DNA of 64,000 nucleotides, taken from NCBI RefSeq assembly GCF_009914755.1, contig NC_060930.1. One strand, given 5' to 3'. The position numbers and the translations under genes were made by a program. Source of the stretch: the human T2T-CHM13v2.0 reference genome, Homo sapiens. Of the stretch, positions 53,755-64,000 are shown in pieces (within the stretch, counting starts at the first letter, position 1; the number at the start of each line of letters is the position of its first letter). The notes under the pieces are model-generated. The model saw nothing but the letters and a program-made list of their open reading frames with translations, did no database searches and was not told the DNA's origin.

Positions 53755-54420
53755 CAGTTTTTTTTAATGGGCAAAAGACTTGAACAAGGACTTCACAAAA
53801 GAGGTCATATAAATGACAAACAACATTTAAAAGTGCTCATGGTTAATCACCAAGGAAATGCAAATTCAATCCACATTTATTGACCACTACATGCTCAACT
53901 GAATGGCTAACATTGATAAAAGCTGCCAATACTGGGGATCAGGCTGGGCGCGGTCGCTCACGTCTGTAATCCCAGCACTTTGAGAGGCTGAGGCAGGCCC
54001 ACTTGAGGCAGAAGTTTGAGACCAGCCTGGGCAACATGGCAAAACCCCATCTCTACTGAAAATACAAAACTTAGCTGGGCGTGGTAGTGTGTGCCTATAA
54101 TCCCAGCTACTCGGGTGGGTTAGGCACAAGAATCAGTTGAACCCGGGAGGCAGAGGCTGCAGTGAGCCAAGATGGTGCCACTGTACTCCAGCAACAGAGC
54201 AAGACTGGGCAACAGAGCAAGACTCTGTCTCCAAAAAGAAAAGAAAAACAAACAAACAATACTGGGAATTGGCAAGGGTGTGGATAAACTGGACTCTCCC
54301 GCAGTGCCAGTGAGAGTGTAAATTGGCCCACTGTAAAAACTGTTGGCAGTATTGATTATACTGCTTGAATTCATGCACGCCGTATGACCCAACCCTCCCA
54401 GGTATACACCTGTGGCAGGC
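53755..54420 (+). mobile_element. L1M (ME/MB-like) ORF2 3' remnant split by an Alu
   Basis: AATGGGCAAAAGACTTGAACA..GGAAATGCAAATT..GAGTGTAAATTGG..TATGACCCA. Confidence 0.85.
53942..54256 (+). mobile_element. AluS/J
   Basis: TSD CAATACTGGG; internal duplication GCAACAGAGCAAGACT. Confidence 0.94.
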
Positions 54421-54489
54421 ACAATGCAGTGAGCCCTCTGTATTCATGGGTTCTGCATCCTCAGATTCAACCAAACTCCATCGAAAATA

Positions 54490-54815
54490 CAGTCACAGCA
54501 TCACTTAATGATGAGGATAATCGTTAGCCAATTTCATCATCCTGTGAGCACCGTAGAGTGTACTTACATAAACCTGGTTGGTACAGCCTACTATATACCT
54601 AGGCTATGCGGTATAGCCTATTGCCCATAGGCAACAAGTCTGCACAGCGTGTGACTGCACTGAATACAGTAGGCAATTGTAACACAATGGTGTTTGTGTA
54701 TCTAAAACTATCTAAACATAGAAAGGTACATTAAAAATACAGTTTATAATCTTATGGGATCACCATATATATGTAGCACATTGTTAACCAAAAAGATATG
54801 TTCATCACATGACTA
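54490..54815. mobile_element. Tigger3a-like, nested in MER2
   Basis: CAGTCA..CATGACTA termini, TA TSD; homologous to 4381-4706. Confidence 0.88.
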
Positions 54816-54842
54816 TACTGGAAAAAAAGAAACTAACAATAA

Positions 54843-55223
<381 letters not shown>

Positions 55224-55267
55224 TAGGTATTATAAGTAATCTAGGAATGATCTAAAGTATATGGGAG

Positions 55268-55440
55268 GGCCAGACACAGTGGCTCATGCCTGTAATCCCA
55301 GCACTTTGAGAGGCTGAGGCAGGCAGATCATTTGAGGTCAGGAGTTCGTGACCAGCCTGGCCAACATGGCAAAGCCTTGTCTCTACTAAAAGTACAAAAA
55401 TTAGCAACGGGTATTGTGGCAGGTACCTGTAATCCCAGCC
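55268..55440 (+). mobile_element. AluS 5' part, fused to an antisense Alu
   Basis: Ends at TGTAATCCCAGC. Confidence 0.92.
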
Positions 55441-56474
<1,034 letters not shown>

Positions 56475-56606
56475 TGATTTTTCATCACAGACTGTTCCCC
56501 TTAGGCCAGAATAGAAACATCTAGTGAAAGACCACCAAACATCATGGTACATTTTAATAAATTTAAACATATACCCTTTCACAGACTCTACTTTTAAATT
56601 TTAGGT

Positions 56607-56842
56607 ATTATTATTTATTTTGAGACAGGGTTTCACTCTGTCGCCCAGGCTAGAGTACAGTGGCATGATCTTGGCTCCCTCTAGCCGTGACCTCCTGGAC
56701 TCAGGTGATCCTTCCACCTCAGCCTCCCAAGTAGCTGGGACTACAGGTGCACACCACCACATCTGGCTAATTTTTTGAATTTTTTAATAAGAGATGGAGT
56801 TTCACCATATTGCCCCAGCTGGTCTTGAACTCTTGGGCTCAA
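56607..56842 (-). mobile_element. AluJ, 5'-truncated
   Basis: Antisense, ends at GGGCTCAAG. Confidence 0.9.
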
Positions 56843-56995
56843 GAGTTAAATTTTATTTATTATTTACTTATTTATTTAATGACTATCAGATTCTTCTCCC
56901 CAAAAGCAATTAATTGCATTTTCTTCTGTTTCCTTTCAGAGATTTTCTATAATTATAAATTACAGAAAATAAAGAATATATATATATATATATTA

Positions 56996-57591
<596 letters not shown>

Positions 57592-57943
57592 GCAATTGGA
57601 TGTAAAACCATCCCTCATTTAATTAGTTCCTCTATTGACAGACATTTGGGTTGTTGCCAGTCCTTTGCTATTATAAACAATGCTGCAATAAATATCCTTA
57701 AATATCCATTATTTTGCACAATCACAAGTTACTTTTCAGTAAATTTACTTCAATAAATATTGATTTAAAGGTCAGTGGTAGATGCTAACATTTGTTTCCT
57801 AAAATAGACAGACCATCTACTGAGAAGAATACACTTGTTAATGAATGTATTCCTCCAATAGATACTTCAGTGCCTAACTCTGGTTAGACAAGGCTGAACA
57901 TGGGGGAAAAAAATCTTACACCTGTAAATGATTTTTGAAATGA

Positions 57944-58040
57944 TGTTTTAGTTTTTTAGGGCTGCCGTAACAAAGTAGCACAAATGAGGTGGCTTAAAAC
58001 AACAGAAATTTATGGTCTCAAAATTCTTGAAACTAGAGAG
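57944..58040 (-). mobile_element. MLT1 LTR fragment
   Basis: AGGGCTGCCGTAACAAAGTAGCACAAA..GGTGGCTTAAAACAACAGAAATTTAT. Confidence 0.8.
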
Positions 58041-58851
58041 GAGAGGACAGGTGGCTAGGACAAAGGGGTGTCGCAGATGCTGGGATGGGTGGTGGAGGGA
58101 GTTTCAAGGAGGAGAATAATCACATATAATACAAAAGGTAAGTGGGATGCAAGCTTAGTAGGAGCCACTGGATTTGGTAATGAGAAGGTTTCTGTTGACC
58201 TTAGCAGTCAGATTGCAGTGGATGGAGGAAAGAATGGGAAGTTAGTAAGTAGGGTGATATTATCTGAAAGGAAAACAACTCCATCTTCTGACTTAATAAT
58301 ACGTTTGAGGTTGATAAATCACGGTGCTGACCTCTTTTCCCTCCTCCTGTTGGGGGATGTCTGGGACCTCATTTAGTGCTTCCTTCTGGAGGGAACTGGC
58401 CTTCCAGGTCTGTCTGACATGCGCAGCACTGATGCTGACATCAGCCCTTGTCCTTCAGGGGTTCAAATGCTACCCATGGCTCAGATTCTAGCTCAAAGGG
58501 CATCTCTTCTCGAAAGTCTTCCCCAGTCTCCCCAGCTCTAAGTCATCTTTTTGTCCTCTGAATCTCTACAATATTCATCTCTACATCTCTTAAAGTATAC
58601 TTTACTTTAAATGTTTATTCCTTTTATTATAATTTTTAGTGCTTTTCATCTTTTCTTCTTAACTAGAGTAAGAGTTCTAGACAAGATTCATGGATGATTC
58701 ACCTTGATATTCCCAAAGATATCATATTTCTTCACATTTGCACCAGATATTAACATCAAATGCATGCTGGCTATTCCATAAATATTTATTAAGTAAATTA
58801 ATAAAGGGAGATAACTGGACCCAACAAGACAACATAAAATAGAGTCCAACA

Positions 58852-59147
<296 letters not shown>

Positions 59148-59703
59148 ACTAGAGTCCAACAACCTCACACGGTGTGTATATCTTTAGGTTAAATGCTCTT
59201 TGCAGTTAAAAACAGCAATTTTGAAGTCAGCAGAAGCAAACAATTAGATGCCAAACGTCTAACCCAATCTGAAGTATCCAAAATCCAGGAAGTAACACAG
59301 ATGTCAACCAAGGGTGAAATTGCTATAGTAAACCACGGTAATAGGGAGCCAGGTTGCATGGGAGAGATGGGTTTGGAAGGGCACAGCCAAAACGTAGCCT
59401 ATAACTTTCTGTGATTTTGAGGAAGTACGCTTGCCTCTCAAAGCCAGTCGTCACATCACTACCCTGAAGACAGTAATTCCCCTATGATTGTTATGGGGTA
59501 TATATATATATGCTATATACAGGGTACCCGAAACAGAAGAAGCCCTCAATAAAAAATAACTTTTAACTGTTATAGCAATAAGATGAAATATTATGCAAAC
59601 ATTAAAATGATTACTCTGAAGACCATGTAGCAACACGTCTTGTTATATATCAGTAAATGTATTTTGCTGATTCATTATTGTTAGTATATAATTTAAGATA
59701 TTT

Positions 59704-60005
59704 GGCTGGGCGAGGTGGCTCACGCCTGTAATTCCAACACTTTGGGAGGCCAAGGTGTGCGGGTTGCTTTGAGCTCAGGAGTTCAAGACCAGCCTGGGCA
59801 ACATGGTAAAACCCTGTCTCTACAAAAAATACAAAAACTTAGTCAAGCGTGGTGGTGCATGCCTGTAGTCCCAGCTACTCAGGAGGCTGAGGTAGGAGAA
59901 CCACTTGAGCCCAGGAGGTCAAGGCTGCAGTGAGCTGAGATCACGCCACTGCACTACGGCCTGGGTGACAAAGTGAGACCCCGTCCCCCAAAAAAAGAAA
60001 AAAAA
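59704..60005 (+). mobile_element. AluJb-like
   Basis: Full dimer. Confidence 0.94.
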
Positions 60006-60160
60006 TTTAACATACCAATTATAATAAAATTATAAATGTATTACATATTAATAATACACCATTAAATTAGAGAAAGCAGAATAAAAATTATATAAAACTG
60101 CTAGTTATACAACAATATAAGAAATTATGCATACTTGTTAACAAGATCAAAATGCAATCT

Positions 60161-60457
60161 GCCTGGGCGAGGTGGCTCAAGCCTGTAATCCCAGCACTTT
60201 AGGAGACCGACGCAGGTGGATCAGTTGAGCCCAGAAGTTTAAGACCAGTCTGACCAACACGGTGAAACCCTGTCTCTATTAAAAATACAAAAATTAGCCA
60301 GGCATGGTGGCATACGCCTGTAATCATAGCTACTCAGGAGGCTGAGGCATGAGAAACACTTGAACTCGGGAGGCAGAAGTTGCAGTAAGCTGTGATTATG
60401 CCACTGCACTTCAGTCTGGGCAGCAGAGCAAGACCCTACCTAAAAAAAAAAAAAAAA
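60161..60457 (+). mobile_element. AluS
   Basis: Full dimer. Confidence 0.94.
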
Positions 60458-60489
60458 TGATTGAAGGCATTATAAAGATAAGAATATCA

Positions 60490-61840
60490 TTATTCATTAC
60501 TACAGATGCCTCAGAAAGAAAAAGGATTGATCACAAGTTATAATGAACTAGTATGAACAATTATATGCCAACAAATTTGATAATCTAGAAGAAATTGATA
60601 AATTCCTAGAAGCATGTATACAACCTATCAAAACTGAATCAGGAAAAAGTAGCCGAAACCGACAATTCACAAATAAGACTAAATCAGTAATCAAAAACCT
60701 TCCAACAGGCTGGGTGCAGTGGCTCATGCCTGTATTCCCAGGCATGTATTCCTAGCACTCTGGGAGGTTGAGGCGGGCAGATTGCTTGAGTTCAGGAGTT
60801 CAAGACCAGCCTGAACAACGTAGCAAAACCCCATCCCTACTAAAAACACAAAAAAATTAGCTGGGCATGGTGTGCATCTGTAGTCCCAGCTACTCAGGAG
60901 GCTGAGGTAGGAGAATCACCTGAGCCTGGGAGGTTGATCCTACAATGAGCTGAGATCATGCCACTGCACTACTGGGCATGATTAGGCGACATAGTGAGAC
61001 CCTGTCTGAAAAACAAAAAACCTTCCAACAAAGAAAAGCCTAGGACCAGATGGCTTCACAGGTGAATCCTAACAAACATTCAAAAAAAGAATTACTATCA
61101 ATCCTTCTTAAACTCTTCTGAAAAATAAAAGAGAGACAACCTCCAAGACCATTTTATGAGGTTCACATCACCTTAATATCAAAGACAAAGAATAACACTA
61201 AGAAGAAAACCACAGGCCAATATACCTGGTGAACAGAGATGCAAAACTCCTCAAAAAAATACTAGCAAACTGAATTCAACAGCACATTAAAAGGATCATA
61301 CACTACAATCAAGTGGGATTTATCCCTAGGATGCAAGGATGGTTCAACATATGCAAGTCAATGTGATATACCACATTAACAGATTGAAATATAAAAACTA
61401 CATGATCTACTATAAAAACTACATGTTCTACTATAAAAACAGATTGAAATATAAAAACTACATGATCTACAAAAACTACTGCATCATTTCAATAGGTGCA
61501 GAAATAGCATTCGACAAAATTCAACATCCATTCATGATAAAAGCTCTTAACAAAATAAGTATAGAGGGGACATACTTCAACATAATAAAGATCACATATG
61601 TATTTCCATGAACAGTTCACAAAAATAAAAAAAAAATATATGAAAGGCCATAGCTAACATTGTAATCAATACGGAGAAACTGAAAGGTTTTTCTCTAATA
61701 TCTTATCTTAGCTACAAATGCCCACTAACACCACTTCTATTCAGCATAGTACTAGAAATCCTAACCAGAACAATTAGACAAGAAAAAGAAATAAAAGCCA
61801 CTGAAATCAGAAAAGAAGAGGTATAATTACCTCTGTCTGC
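60490..61840 (+). mobile_element. L1M ORF2 remnant (linker/RT N-terminal region), degenerate, split by an Alu
   Basis: Peptides [55 protein letters not shown] match L1 ORF2. Confidence 0.92.
60708..61015 (+). mobile_element. AluJ
   Basis: TSD AAAAACCTTCCAACA at 60693-60707 and 61016-61030. Confidence 0.95.
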
Positions 61841-62058
61841 AGACCAGCCTGGGCAACATATCTCCCCCAATCTCTACAGTAAAAAAAATTTTTAGTTAGC
61901 TAAGCGTGGTGGTATGTGCCTAAAGTCCTAGCTATTTGGGAGGCTGAAACGGGAGGATCACTTAAGCACAGGAGTTAGACGTTGCAGTGAGCTGTGGTCA
62001 TGCCACTGCACTCTAGACTGGGCAACAGAGCAAGACCCTCAAGAAATAAAAAAGAAAA
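61841..62058 (+). mobile_element. AluJ, 5'-truncated
   Basis: Starts at AGACCAGCCTGGGCAAC. Confidence 0.9.
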
Positions 62059-62094
62059 TGAAGGGTGTGTGTGTATGTGCATATATATATATAT

Positions 62095-62737
62095 GTAATA
62101 TTCAATGGACTATTATTTAGCCTTAAAAGAAAATGAGGGCTGTGTGTGCGTATGTGCATATATATATATATATATATATACATATATACATATATATATA
62201 CACATATATGTACACGTAATATTCAGTGGACTATTATTTAGCCTTAAAAAAAGAAGGAAATTCTGCCACTTGCAACGTGGGTGAACCTGAAGGACATTAT
62301 GCTAAGTAAAATAAGCCAGACATAGAAAGACAAATAGTGCATGATCTCACTTATGTAGATTTTAAAATAGTTGAACTCACAGAAGCACACAGTAGAGTGG
62401 TGGTTGTCAGGGGTTGGAGGATGGGGGAAGTGGGGAAATGTTGGTCAAAGGGTACAAAGTTTCCATTATGCAGGATGAATAAATTCTGTGAATCTAATGT
62501 ACGGCATGGTGACTATAGTTAACACTGTATTGTATACTTGAAATTTGCTGAGAGTAGATCTTGTCTTCTCACCACACACACACACGCCTACACACACACA
62601 GAGGTAACTACGTGAAGTGATGGATATGTTAACTAGCTTGATGTGATGATCATTTCACAATGTACACGCATATCAAACCATCAAGTTACACCTGTTAATT
62701 ATATACAGTTTCTATTTGTCAATTATACTCCACTAAG
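62095..62737 (+). mobile_element. L1MA/L1MB-like 3' end
   Basis: GGACATTATGCTAAGTAAAATAAGCCAG..GTCAAAGGGTACAAAGTTT..GATCATTTCACAATGTA. Confidence 0.9.
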
Positions 62738-62877
62738 CTTTTTTTTTTTTCCTTTAAAGTAGAGACAGGGGTTTCATTGTTTTGCCCAGGGTGGTTTCTA
62801 ACTCCTAGATTCAAGGAATTCTCCCACTTTGGCCTCCCAAAGCGCTGGGATTACAAGTGTGAGCCACCGTGCCTGGC
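62738..62877 (-). mobile_element. FLAM-like Alu monomer
   Basis: Monomer with T tail. Confidence 0.85.
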
Positions 62878-62896
62878 TTTTTTACAAAGCTTTATT

Positions 62897-63199
62897 GGGC
62901 AGGACGAGGTGGCTCATGCCTGTGATCCCAACTGCTCAGAAGGCTGAGATGGGAGGATTGCTTGAGGCCAGGAGTTTGAGACAAGCCTGAGCAACATCCC
63001 AAAACCTTGTCTCCAAAAAAATTTGTAAAAACATTTAGCTGGTTACGGTGCATGCCTGTAGTCCCAACTACTGGGGAAACTAAGGAAGGAGGATCCCTTG
63101 CACCCGGAAGTTCCAGCTGCAGTAAACTGTGATACTGCCACCGTACTCCAGCCTGGGTAACAGAGCAAGACCCCATCTCTAAAACAAACAAACAAAAAA
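62897..63199 (+). mobile_element. AluJ
   Basis: Diverged dimer; flanks AAAGCTTT. Confidence 0.9.
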
Positions 63200-63229
63200 G
63201 CTTTTAAAAAAAGAATACAGTTTAATGTT

Positions 63230-63862
63230 GAATCAGTTAGGACTCTTTGTTACTGTTATGGGGGAAAAGAATCTGAACTTGAACTAACTTGGGCCAAAAA
63301 TGAAATTTATTTTCTCCCAGATCCCAGGAAAGGATTGAGCAATACAGCTATAGAAGGGCAGGAATCCAGCTGGCCCACAGAACAGCTGGGACCAGGGGTT
63401 TCAACATCTTCAGGAGCTTCTTCCATCTCCAGATCTTGCCGTTGGCCTCATTCCTATTCACCACAATGAGATTTGTCTACAGGAAGAAAACAGGGCTCCC
63501 CAATGCACAGTTTCCAACTTCTGCCCCCAAAGAGGGAATCCCTATGTTCCTTCTTCTCAAACAAGGGTGCTCTTCAGCCTGCGTGCACTGCTGCACCCAT
63601 ATCAATTGTTTTTCAGCCAATGTCTGTCCTAATTGGTGGGTACCCGGATCTCCCTGATTGTTGCAGATATTGATAATCACCCCTGGAATCAGGTTCAAAT
63701 ATCCCAGAGAAGAGGATCATTGGTACTGTTTTTCTCTAATCAGCCCTAGGCAGGGCCAGGCCATGTCAGAGCACAGCTGCTCCCACAGGAATCATCAGGT
63801 TAAAGGAACAGAAAGAGCGATTCCCAAATGAGGGTTGGTACTGGGCAGATCAAAAAAAGACA
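63230..63862 (-). mobile_element. MLT1J/K-like LTR
   Basis: TCAGTTAGGACTCTTTG..AAAAATGAAATTTATT..TACTGGGCAGA. Confidence 0.55.
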
Positions 63863-63866
63863 TGCT

Positions 63867-64000
63867 GGCTGGTCACAGTGGCTCACAGCTGCCCTCTCAG
63901 CATTTTGGGAGGCTGAGATGGGAGGATCACCTGAAGCCAGGAGCTCGAGACCAGCTGGCAACAAAGTGAGGCCTCCATCCCTACAAAAAAAAAAAAAAAA
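63867..64000 (+). mobile_element. Alu left monomer/FLAM running to the window end
   Basis: GGCTGGTCACAGTGGCTCAC..CTACAAAAAAA. Confidence 0.85.

Overview
Primate, most likely human, non-coding genomic DNA, either intergenic or deep intronic. I recognise no protein-coding gene, RNA gene, CRISPR array or CpG-island promoter. By manual count about 70 Alu copies or fragments (J, S, Y, FLAM/FRAM) sit on older L2, MIR and L1M remnants, MLT1 MaLR LTRs and DNA transposons (Tigger3, MER2, MER5, MER46, MER53, MER58). There are also three ERV solo LTRs (MER9/HML-3, MER67-like, MER74-like), an L1PB and a short young L1PA. Almost all ORFs in the track are Alu, low-complexity or L1 ORF2 read-throughs. I did not find a convincing new multi-gene system. 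The best leads are: (i) a repeat-free block at about 27.4-28.4 kb, with clustered CCAAT, E-box and TGACGTGA motifs upstream of a perfect-Kozak 150-codon ORF; (ii) a compact HNF1/TCF/FOXA/CEBP/GATA motif cluster at about 3.1 kb; (iii) a homeodomain-palindrome block at about 53 kb; (iv) a series of structural oddities: a 210-bp AT-rich quasi-palindrome, a 5'-inverted Alu, an antisense Alu-in-Alu, fused inverted Alus, a minisatellite born at an Alu junction, local duplications and nested transposons. Repeat family and subfamily names come from recalled consensus features, and boundaries are approximate unless a target-site duplication (TSD) is given.
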